From Scyliorhinus canicula (Eukaryota), in the NCBI RefSeq assembly GCF_902713615.1, contig NC_052150.1:172628100-172692099 (forward strand): a stretch of DNA of 64,000 nucleotides. The letters are read 5' to 3'. The notes under the pieces were generated by a model. The model had not been told where the DNA came from, did no database searches, and was given only the letters and a program-made list of their open reading frames with translations. The position numbers and the translations under genes are program-made. Position 1 is the stretch's first letter. Every line of letters begins with the position of its first letter. Positions 35,023-46,414 of this stretch are shown in pieces.

Positions 35023-36267
35023 AGATACAAACATCCATATCGCTTCTGATAAAGATGGATAAGGACCCAGTGGAGTGCGGTGTCGTACTGCCTGATTTCT
35101 TTATTAAATGTGGATGCCAAGAATTTGGCTACGTTTTTAGTGCTGAGGTTGAATGAGTGTCTCCCTCAGGTTATTGGGGAGGATCAGACAGGGATTGTGA
35201 ACGGGCAATGGTTGCAGTCGATGGTGAGTGGATTTTTAACGTGGTACTATCTCCAGCAGAAGGGAGAGAGCAGGAGGTTATTGTGGCATTGGATGCTGAG
35301 ACTTTTGATAGGGTAGAATGGGGATATCTGTTTGCGGTGTTGGAACGGTTTGGGATGGGGCCTAAATCCGTATTGTGGGTTTGGTTGTTATAGAACGCTC
35401 TAAAGCCACTGTCCATTCAATTATTGTTAGTTCGGGATAATTTCAGCTCCACAAAGGAACAAGGCAGAGGTGCCCTATGTCTCCCCTCTTGCTTGCATTG
35501 GCAATTGAGCTTTTGGCCATTTCCCTGAAGGCCTTGGATAAGTGGAAAGGGATAATGAGGAGGGGAGTGGAACACAGGGTGTCCTTGCATGCTGATGATC
35601 TTCTTTTGTATGTGATGGATCCGATCCCCAAAATGGATGATATCATGATGCTGCTGAGGGGTTTTGGGACTTTTTCAGGGTATAAATTGAATTGACAGAA
35701 AAGTGAGTGTTTTCCAGTCACTCCGCCGAGGAGGGGAGCCAATCTTGGGGTGATGCAATTCCACTTAACAGGTTCCCATTTCAGGTATCTGCGGGTGCAG
35801 GGAGCTCAGATTGGGCCTGGCTTTACGAGTTTAGTGAGCAGGATTAAGGATGATTTACAGAGGTGGTGCAGTCTCCCTCTGTCATTGGCGGGCAGAATTC
35901 AATTGGTGAAGATTAATGTTTTGCCATGGTTCCTCTTTCTGTTCAAGTGTTTGCCGGTTTTTCTGCCAAAATCCTTTTTTGGGGAGTGGAGAAGTTGATT
36001 TTGTCTTTCATTTGGGTGGTAAAATAGGTAGGATTCGGAAGACGGTCCTTCAGAGGGACCAGCAATCAGGGGACTTGGCGTTGCTGAGCTTTATATATTA
36101 TTACTGGCTGGTGAATGCTGGGAGGATCTTGGGGTGGTGTGGGGATCTTGAGGTATGGGTGCAGGTGGAGTCGGGGTCGTGTAGGGGTTCGGGGTTAAGG
36201 GAATTAGTGGCAGTCTTGTTGCCGTTTTCTCCAGGAGATATTGGTGGTGGTCTCCACACTAAAGATC

Positions 36268-36952
36268 AGGGGCGGGATTCTCCCCTACCCGGTGGGGCGG
36301 GGGTCCCGGTGCCGAGGAATGGCGTGAACCACTCCGGTTTGGGCCACCCCAAAGGGGCGGAATCCTCCACACCTTCAGGGGCTAGGCCTGCCCCAGAGTG
36401 GTTTGCACCCCGACGGCCGGTGGGGAAGGGGCTTAGCGCCACGCCAACCGGCGCCGAAGGGCCTCCGCTGGCTGGCACGAGTTGACGCATGCGCAGGAGC
36501 GCCAGCATGTGCTGGCGTCATCCCAACGCCAGCGCGGGAGGGTTCATCTCTGCAGCGGCCATCGCGGAAGACCACAGCAGCCAATGCAGAGGAATAGAGT
36601 GCCCCCACGGCAAAGGCCCGCCCGCGGATCTGTGGGCCCTGATCACGGGCCAGGCCATCGTGGGGGCACCCCCGGGGCCAGATCGCCCTGCACCCACCCT
36701 GAGGGCCCAGGAGGCCACCCACGGAGCTGGGTCCCGCTGGTAGGGACCAACCTTGACTTCGTTAAACGGGCGGGACTTCAGCCCATCGAGGCCTGAAGAA
36801 TTCGGGTGACCCCGGGGCCCATTGCGTCGCACCGGTCCCCACCATTCTCCGAGGCGGGCAGCGCAATTCATGCCAGGGCGATTTTGGGGGGGGCCGGAAA
36901 AATCGGAGGACAGCGGGGACGGGATTCATGCTGACCCCCGACGATTCTCCGA
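36268..36952. mobile_element. GC/CpG-rich non-autonomous element (MITE-like), right end lost
   Basis: Abrupt GC-rich block starting ggggcgggattctcc within L1-A. Recurrent attctcc/ggagaat motifs. No coding homology. Confidence 0.55.
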
Positions 36953-38976
36953 CATAACACTTTGCATAACCCTTCATAATCCTAAAATGTTTTAACTTCT
37001 TCCCAAGTACTACTTAGAATCATAGAATCATAGAATTCCTATACTGGCCACACAAAATTGCCCCTGAATTGGGTACTCTAAATTTCTAAAAACAAAATTC
37101 ATGTATGTTGCATGTATGTATGTTCCGTACCAGTTGTTTGAGTCGGTGAGGTTGGATGCTGTGTTTAGAAGGTGGGAGGAGAAGGGGGTGGAAGGCATGA
37201 GTGCCTTGCTTTTGATGGGGCAATGTGCAAGCTTGGAGGAGTTGTCGGAGGAATTTGGGCTTCACAGGTGAATGTTTTGGGGTATCTACAGGTTTGCAAC
37301 TTCACTAAAAAAGTCTTCCCGAGATTCCCTGTGATGCCTCTTTACTTGTGTTGGAGAGGGATTTGTCATGGCAGGGATAGAAGAGGGGAGTACGTCAGGG
37401 ATGTATGGTAGGATTATGGTGGAAGAGGCAATGTCTGTGGTGGGGGAGAAGGTTAAATGAATGAGTGGTTGGGGTTGGAGATGGAGGGTGGGGTACGGTG
37501 CGAGGCTCTGCGCTGGGTGAATACAATGTGACCATGTGTGAAGTTAGAGTTGATACAGTTGAACGCAGTTCAGAGAGCATATCCAGGATGAGCAGCCTAT
37601 TTACTTGTGTAGGGGCGGGCAGGGGGGTCGGGGGGTGGGGGGAGGGGGGGGGGGTGGCTAATCATGTGCACATATTCTGGTCGTGTCCTGCGTCTCCTTC
37701 TTTAGCACCATGTTGGTGATTCTACAAACTGAACTGAAATCCTGTGGCGGGAGCTGATGTCCTGGCCTTTACCTCGCTGATTGTTCGAAGATGGGTGGTG
37801 CTTGGGTGGAGGTCAGCTTCTCCACCCAGTACGTCAGCATGGGTGGGGAGATCTCATGGATTTCTTAATCTTGAGAAAGTTATGTACACTGGGAGGGGGC
37901 AATTGAGGTGTTCTACCGGAGATGGCTGCAGTTCATTCTGTAATTTAAAGAGCTGATCGCTGGTAGTTGTCAGGTAAGGGGGGTGGGCAAGGGAGAGGGG
38001 GGAGTTAATGGCGGAGGGGGGGGGGGGTGGTTCTGTGGGGTTTGTTTCACACAGGGCGGGAGGGCTCCGGGACTTTTCTTATTGTTTCATTGTTTTACTG
38101 TTTATCTGTAAAGTTTAAAAATGTGAATAAAAATACTCTTTGAAAAAATAAGTCAGGTGGTTATAGGCCAGTTAGTTTCATTTTAATGCTGGATAATTGT
38201 TTGTGCTTATAACACAGAATAATATTGCTAAGCACTTGGAAAAACATGACTTAATCAGGGATGAATTCATAGCATGGATTTCAAAAGTGAAGGTCAACAT
38301 TTACAAACCTTTTTGAATTCTTAAAAAAAAATAGACAGCAGAGATATGGAATTGAGGCACATGTAATGTATATGAATTTTCAGAGGTATTTGGTAACGTA
38401 CAAACGGAGGGTAATTAAGAGGAATATGGTCATATGGAGAGATTGTTGAGTAGGAAGAAAAGTGTAGGTGTAAAGAAGCTTATCATGGACTGGAAAGATG
38501 CGATGAGTGATGTTGCACAGATGGTTTTGTTTGCCCCATTGTTATTTGCAACATACATGAATTTTGTTTTTAGAAATTTAGAGTACCCAATTCAGGGGAA
38601 ATTTGGCGTGGCCAATATAGGAATTCTACGATTTTATGATTCTAAGTAGTACATGGGAAAATGTTAAAAACTTTTAGGATTATGAAGGGTTATGCAAAGT
38701 GTTATGGGCCAGGGTTTAGAGAACCCCAAAATTGTATCATGGAGTTCACCTGCCCCACAACTTTTAATAGATTGTGGTATGGGGAGCACACGGCTCACTC
38801 TACAGGTGTGGTACAGCAGAAATGGAAAAGTATTTTTTTAAGCAAAACAATGTTTATTCTATGAAGTCAAGTTAATCTTTTTTAAAACATGATGTGGAGA
38901 TGCCGGCGTTGGACTGGGGTGAGCACAGTAAGAAGTCTTACAACACCAGGTTAAAGTCCAACAGGTTTGTTTCAAA

Positions 38977-39011
38977 CACTAGCTTTCGGAGCACTGCACC
39001 TTCCTCAGGTG
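38977..39011 (-). ncRNA. Minimal type-I hammerhead ribozyme motif (mirror copy)
   Basis: Minus strand cacCTGAGGAaggtgcagtgctccGAAAgcTAgtg. Confidence 0.7.
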
Positions 39012-39023
39012 AATCATGGTATT

Positions 39024-39058
39024 CACCTGAGGAAAGAGCAGTGCTCCGAAAGCTAGTG
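39024..39058 (+). ncRNA. Minimal type-I hammerhead ribozyme motif
   Basis: cac-CTGAGGA-a-agagc agt gctcc-GAAA-gc-TA-gtg: catalytic boxes, stem II, palindromic AGCT stem III, CUA cleavage triplet and stem I cac/gtg. Confidence 0.7.
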
Positions 39059-39647
39059 TTTGAAACAAACCTGTTGGACTTTAACCTGGTGTTGTAAGAC
39101 TTTTTAAAAACATACAGTGAACATCTTAGCAAACATCAATTAAATACAACCCCCAAAGAATACAACCCTCTGTAATCCTTAATAACTTCCCAAACAACAT
39201 CCAGAAGACAAAAGAAACACCTTTTAACAGGCGCACATCAGGTTTACATTCACTACTGAAAACATTTATAATTCTGAATTCACCAAATGATCAAGAGATC
39301 GTCTTTTCATGGCAGAGAGATCAACAGTACATTTGCTTTGTCTGGCTTCAGCTCCAACACTGAAAATGAAACCAAAAAAACCCAGACACACCCAAGCTTT
39401 TCTCAAAGTGAAATTAAAAAGCAGAGCCAGAGCTCAGCTCCACCCACACTCTGACATCACTGTAGTAACATGAACAGACAGACATTTCTTAAAGTGACAT
39501 TCTAATGACAGAAGATCAATAATGATTTGTTTCTACTGGTTGTTGAAATAGAAACATGGGTGCACAAACTTAATATCATCATCAAAATTAAAGGTTCAAA
39601 AGTTAACTTAATTACACAAAGAGTGTTCAGAATGTAAAACTCTCGGT

Positions 39648-39860
39648 TGGCACGGTGGCATGGCTGCCTCACGCCGATGTGGACCGGGGTTCAATCCCAG
39701 CCCCGGGTCACTGTCCTTGTGGAGTTTACACATTCTCCCCATGTCTGCGTGTGTCTCACCCCCACAACCCAAAGATGTGCAGGATAGGTGGATTGGTCAC
39801 ACTAAATTGCCCCTTAATTGGAAAAAAGAATTGGGTACTCTGAATTTATTAAAGAAAAGA
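39648..39860 (+). mobile_element. HE1-like SINE
   Basis: Family head, body and aattgggtactct tail. Confidence 0.75.
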
Positions 39861-42800
39861 CTAAAATTCTCTGCTAGAAACTATCATTGAAGCAGAATCC
39901 AAAAATGATTTGAAGTGGAAAAAAGGAGGGCTATCAACAGTTATGAGGAGTGAACAGGAGAGTGGGATTATACCAAGTTACTTGTGTAAAAAAACTTTTC
40001 TATGAGTTTGACTTGATGAGTTGTATTCCTGTCCGTATGATTTGGCATTCAAAGATTCTATGATTGTACCTTGAGGAGCTCGTCTGTGAGCTTCATCTAA
40101 CTGGCTGAAAGGCACATTTATTTGCTGTAATTGGAAAACATGAAGGGGAGAAAGCGCAAACAAACTATTCAGCTGTGTACTGCGCGCGTTACTCTAAGGA
40201 TTCCTACATCAGCATATTGACAAACATTTGCAAATGTTGAGGAAAGATTCCCCCCCCCCCCCCCCCCCCCCCCGTCGTAAGCCCTGGGTCATTAAATAGG
40301 AACTGCCACAGCGGTAATCAAAGTGTGAAAAGTTAGCATTCGGAACGTTGGAACAAGAGCAGGCCATTTAGGTCCTCAAACTTATTCCACCATCCAATTA
40401 GATCATGGCTGATTTGTGACCAAACTCCATATATCCACCTTTTCCCCCAAATCTTGATACCTTTGGCTAACAAAAGCCTATCCACCTCAGTTTTAAAATA
40501 AGCAATTGACTGCATAATTTTCCTGATTATATTTCTGTTTTGAATTAGAGTAGAGCTTGGGGAGTCTATATTTCCCCATTGTTTTCTCCATGACAATGCC
40601 TTGGCCAATAATCTGTAGTATAAATTGTTGTGATAGTTTGAAATTTGGCATTCTTGAATGTTTCCTGATGAGTGTGAGTCAAAAAGAATTGGCAACGTGT
40701 CTCCCTTTTCAGTAAAAATCTTATAATTATTATGTTTTAGTTTTAAGTTGAGGAAGATCAAAGGGCCCACGATGCAAAGTGGTTGGCTGCTAGTTCTTCA
40801 CTGCTGCTAATAGAAAAAGGATGGTCGATGTGCAGAACAGCAGATCAGTCAGCACCAGTAATGTCAAAGGGCAGTTTATTTCATTTCAGACCCAAGAAGT
40901 CCGAACCTTCCTTTTCTGGTTACAGATGCTGACTGATCCCTTGTGCATCGACTGAACTTTGTCCTTTTTGCCCAACATCTGTGTTTATTGATCTTCATAA
41001 AAACAGATGCCCTGTTGTTTAATGTATATAAAAAGGATTTCGCCTTAGGAAAGGATTTTGTTTTACCAATCACTTGTGTTCGCGCGAAATCATAAAGATG
41101 GCGGGCAGAGTTCCAATGATTGCCATTTGTAAATTGTGTTAGAATCACCAAAGATGAGAGTCTTTCCATTATGTTTCTGATGTGTGCGCACACAGCAAGC
41201 CGGAGAAATGTTACCCCAGCTGCTCTGGGGATATTATTTTTATTCGAGGTATGTTTTGTCATTTAAAATTATGATTGAATTTCTGCACATTCTTTGATTT
41301 TTTTAAATCACCGCGTTAGCACATCTCTGAAAGTTTGCTCCTTTTTTCGGCGTTCGTCATCCTGGCGAGTGTACTCACCGTGGAACTGCAAATAAAATGA
41401 GGAAACATAAACATTGCACTTCCCTTAATTGCCTAGCAAAAACATTCCGAGGTTACAGAAATAAAATGTGATGCGTGGCATTAAATGATAAATGAAACAA
41501 GAGCAGGTCGTGATATGAACGTTAAATGCACTTAACACGGCCGCGGGAAATTCATCTGAATTGCAAATGTAAGAGTGTTTCCTTCCTGTGTGCGTGGTTG
41601 GCCGCGTGGTCACTTGTTTGAATGCAATGCTGCATGTTTCTATGGGCAGTATTGTCGACCACGGGCAACATACTGTTAAATTAATAAATATAGGTGGAGC
41701 GCAGGGCAGGCGCGAGCAGGGTGGCCTCCATCCCTCCCTTTGTGCGCGCGAAGCCTCGATGGTCCCATATACTTTTAAAGACTACACGTGGGCCCTTGTT
41801 TCAGGTTCGGTGTCATTTCGGAGGAAGGATTACGAATTTCAATAGGTTACAATTCAAGATGTCGATTGGCAGCGATCGTCTTTATTGCGCTAAATTAATC
41901 CATCGGCTGGCGCGTTTTACATTCGATCCCTTTCCATCCTGTTTGTAAGATGTTTATTTTCACTTGAGAATATGCATGTGGCAGCTCTAAATTCGGCTCT
42001 GTAGTTGAAACTGGTCGTAAAATTGCATTGATTTAATCAACAAACTTAAGAGTGCACAACCTGTTTCTTTTACCTCCCTCCCCCCAATCTGGTTCATAAT
42101 TGGATTCTAAACTTTTATAAGTATGAACAGTGATTTCATGAGGGTCACACACCGGGAGTGTGGAGGGGATTGCCATGTAGAGCTGTATTGTGCGATGTTA
42201 ACACCAACCCCTTCCAGGTTACCATGCCCACTGATCCTATCGCTCAAGGACTCTGCTCATTTTAACAGCAGCTGGAACAGCTGGGCGGGTGTTCAAAGTC
42301 TCTATTTTTCTATAAAACAGAGATCAATACTTACCACAGAGGAATTAGAAATATTTACGCCTTGGTTACACTTCGCTGCAACTCTCCAATTCGTACAACT
42401 ATAAGTTGTCTAAAATTATCAACAGATGCCCCAGCTCCTCATTTTGATGACAGATATGTATGTATTCGTTATATTAAAGATTCTTGGTGAGATGCAATAA
42501 GCCTGTAAACTGCACGAGGCTTCTTCCTGAAACGGAATGCGCCTCTGAATCGCAACCTGCCCACCCCTGATTATCCGTCAGACACGTTTTGGGTCATTTC
42601 TCTTTCGATTTCATTCACGGTTAATGTTTTATTTCAATCTTTAAAAATGGACTCACCGTTTTTGAATGGGAGCTTAGAAAACGTTATGTTGCGAGCTGTC
42701 AATGTTTTTCTGAAGACTTTTGGAAACATGATTTCCTGCTGTAATAAGCTAATAATTATGAATATATCAAATGAGCATCTGTAAAGATCGCGAGGCTCTG

Positions 42801-45800
42801 TTTTCATTTATGCACCAGACCAAAACAAGTACTATTCGTCTAATTTTGATTTTGTGGTTTTAAAGTTAGGTATCTGCTGGTCAACAGAAGACGGTCAAAT
42901 AGTGGATGGCTCGGCCAGTGTGCGAGGGTGCAAAGGGTTAATTTGTGGGCAGTGTTCCTGCAGGCGCCTCCCTGCAGTTCCTTGCCTCTCCGGACTGGGG
43001 CGCTGCAGGTTTGCGCTCCTCAAAAGATATGCATGCTTATTTAACCGGCAATATATAATCCTGCAAAACAATGAGGGGCGGGGGATTTGGTGGTAATTCC
43101 CGGTGAGGGAGGGGGGGGGGGGTGGAGGTGATCCACAAGTAATGATAAACGAGAACCACCCAACAAAAGCTCTTTTATTTTTAGAAACCGTTTCGAAAAG
43201 CCAAGTTAGATCGGTGTCCAAACGTCTTTTACATGCCAACCAGATACAGGTCATGCGGAGATTTCTGACCTCAAAGCGATTTAACACTAAAACAGTTCGT
43301 GAGAGTTTCCCGGTACCTTCCAAATGCAGTTGGAATGGGAATGTCTCCCCCCCCCCCCCCCCCCCCCCTTCCCCCGAGTTCACGATGCCGGCTCTGCGAT
43401 TCGTGAAGCTTTTTAACAGGAGCACAGGAACTTCCTTCATTTCCAGCTCATAAACCCCCAGCCAAATCACAGCGATCACTGCTAAAAGTCAGGGATTGCA
43501 GCATTGTTGTTGCTCTGCCCTCAACTATCCACTATTTGGGAGGAAAATCTTTGAAGCAAAAAGGGTTGCCGGAGTTGGAGGGGTGGGGGGGCACAGAAAT
43601 TGGCGCTTTGCAGAATTGTCTGTCACTTTTCTTTTACATTTTCAGATGACTCAGAGTTGCTGACTCTGTGATTTCTTGTTGAACAGCGAATCTCACTGAC
43701 TCCCACCGATCCAGGTGATCGAGGCGACTGGAACTTTGGAAAACGCGCATTCCCAAAATGTCTTTATTTCCAAATAATTTGGAAAATCTGATCGCCTCTT
43801 TCGCCTCCGAAGCCTGTTTTATTGAAGCGGTGTAAAATACTCAGGACCTTGTTGACTGTCTCCTCTCGCTGCCAATTCATTCGGATGGCACCAGGAACAG
43901 TTTTAGAAATATATATATTTTTAAATCACGTCTTATTTTCCCGTTGGAAGGCGGGCAGCTGCAAGCGTTTGGCCGGGGCGCGTGTTCAAATCGGTGTGCA
44001 TTTCATCATGTGGCTGATTTCCTCTCTCTGACTCCGCAACCCGCCAGATTTTGAGTTTTTCGATATGTGTGATTTTGAAATAAAATGAAGGGCTGCGAAG
44101 CTGGCCTAAAATAATAAATCCTCCCTAATGTTCGCGTGCTTCTCCATAATGAAACCTATTCCCCGAGGTCGGGCAGCCTAAACGTCAATCAAAGGAGCTG
44201 ATTCAGAATGCCATTGTTTGTGTCCAACGTCACTGCTTTTCCTCTTATATTAACTTACAATGAAATGGCCGTATGATCACTCATTCGTAATGTAGGTCAT
44301 TATTTTGTTAAATCCAAGAGAGAGAGAGGGAGAGAGAGAAAAGTGCCAATCTTTCAGCCAGAGATGTTGCCTGGCGCTTTACAAACACGACCGTGTTTAC
44401 TCAGCACGTTTTTTTTAAGACCACTCTTGGGTTTATTTAATTCCAGCCACTGGAAAGGACAATGAATGCAGTCGGGAAACCCAATAGAAGCAGTGTGGTA
44501 CATCTCATTAAAGCAATGCGAGCCACTGCCTTAGAGCAGATATTTAATTCCGTTTTGTTGAAAGGTTACAAATATAAAGAGAACGGCGCTTGTAAGTTCC
44601 CATATCGTTGGAAAGATGTGTGATTTCACTATTTGCCGGCCGTGTGGATCTGGGGCGGGGGGGGGGGGGGCTGCTGACATTTTCTGGGCGACATCGGTAA
44701 TTAGGGATTTACAAGCGGGTGAATGCACAAAAGTTTCTCCAAATAAATATCTGTGGTCCAGTCTTTCGGACTAATACGTGACATTTTTAAAAGGCCGTCC
44801 TCTATGCGGGTGTAGCACAAAGATTTGAACATCCAAACGGAGTTTTGCTCTGGTATAGCAGTTCCGTCCACTCTTTTGTTTATGCTTATCATTCTTATCT
44901 TTGATTATCTGGGGTAGAATCCTTGTCATGTGCTTTCCAGCTCCTCGGGAGGTTTATTAGATTTCCAAAGTAATTCACTCAAAGAAGATGAACCTACAAG
45001 TCCAAACATACTGGCCTTCTTTGGATTCTGTCCTTTAAATAAGTTGTTTAAGGTGCCTGGTAACAATGGTGAATTCTGAAGTAAGCTGCACGCCCTGCGA
45101 GGTGCCTGCTTCTGCATTTTTGTCAAGATTGCTGGCAAGTCAACATAAATGCTGTTCACAATTCAGCCGCGTTGACTGGAGACTATTTTAAAATATACTC
45201 CTTAGAAAGGTCTGTCTTAAAATAACGGGGGAATCCGAAGTTTTCCAACCATCACAACTTAAGTGAGGGACTATCTACCACATGAATTAGTGCACGTAGG
45301 GCAGCGTGGAACTCTTTAGGGATACACGATGTGTGCACATTCTTCTATATTAGGATAACAGGTTCACCTTCTTATTTGTTAAGTACAATCCGACCATCAG
45401 AACATGCAGATGCCAGATGTGTTTATCTTTCCGGTGGATAGATCAAGGTGCAATAGACAAAACAGTTTATAGGAATCCTCCCCGTTTAATCACGATTGTG
45501 AGCGCCGATACAGAAGTTGAAGGAATAAATTGGCTCTGGTCAACGCGACAGCACATTTGGCGTATCTCACTTCGGGTTTATTTCCAGTTTACAAAAGTTC
45601 ACCATAAAAGCCACTGAACCTTAAGTGCCTTTTTCTTTCATTCATTATGGAGTTCTGCCATTCACCCTCGATTGTGACTATGATTACAGGTATTGCTGCT
45701 CCCCCCCCCCCCCCCCCCTCATATTTGCACTGCCCATTGCTAAAATAGGTACCCGCATTGTTGGTTAGGAACATTTATACTGCGAGAGGGCTACATCAAT

Positions 45801-46186
45801 TTTAATGCTGAGATACTGAACTTGAATTATGAATATATGGAAGATATGTAAAAATAGGCAAAAAGTTACACGCCTTGCTCTGCAATTATATTAATTGATA
45901 TTGACTTCAGCAGGTTGCAGAGGAAGGTCATTCCAATTTAATTTTCGGCTTTAACCTCCAATTTGAATATGCCTCTTTGTGACAAATCGCTATGCATGCA
46001 AAACAGGAAATCTTATTGCTATTTTCCTAATCCCATTTGTTGGGGTTGCCTCCAAAAATAAACGTTAACCTTTCCTTTTCACCAAGCTCCAGAGGGAATC
46101 TGCAAAAGATAGGCTGAGAGGCTTTGGTTTAATACCATTGCCTTGCATCTGATAAAGGAAAGTGGATTCGCGTTAAATAATCGTTC

Positions 46187-46414
46187 GTGAGGGCAGCACA
46201 GTGGCGCAGTGGGTTAGCACCACAACCTCACGGCACCGAGGTCCCAGGTTCGATCCAGCTCTGGGTCACTGTCCGTATGGAGTTTACACATTCTCCCCGT
46301 GTTTGCGTGGGTTTCGCCCCCACAACCCAAAGATGTGCAGGGTAGGTGGATTGGCTACGCTAAATTGCACCTTAATTGGAAAAAATGAATTGGGTACTCT
46401 AAATTTATTTTTTA
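46187..46414 (+). mobile_element. HE1-like SINE with 12-bp TSD
   Basis: aaataatcgttc at 46175-46186 and 46415-46426. This is the only clear TE seen between ~41 kb and 64 kb. Confidence 0.9.

Larger units (their letters stand above)
14085..38145 (+). mobile_element. Old L1/Tx1 LINE (L1-A) broken up by nested insertions
   Basis: ORF1 ends ~14380. ORF2 EN starts ~15850 and resumes at 16290-16364, 26072-26165 and 32264 onward. RT (HADDLLL) lies at ~35590 and the 3' tail at ~38125-38150. The reading is collinear once the inserts are removed. Confidence 0.8.
38891..39102. mobile_element. Penelope-type fold-back fragment (82-bp inverted arms, 6-nt loop)
   Basis: Arms 38933-39014 and 39021-39102. 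Target sequence ttttaaaacat is duplicated on both sides. Confidence 0.75.
38700..39510 (-). repeat. Solo LTR of the Gmr1-like family
   Basis: tgttatgggccagggtttagagaacccc...aatgaca is homologous to 12545-13169. Flanks aaag/gaag. Confidence 0.85.

Noticed and set aside
36266-36977. Many overlapping GC-rich ORFs as a gene or CpG-island promoter
   Set aside because: They arise from stop-poor GC-rich repeat sequence inserted in an L1. No domain similarity.
40249-40273. Long poly-C/poly-G runs (also ~43346, 45701, 48317, 57243, 58183) as functional G-quadruplex elements
   Set aside because: Such runs occur throughout the window, including inside TEs, and their lengths are unreliable in assemblies.
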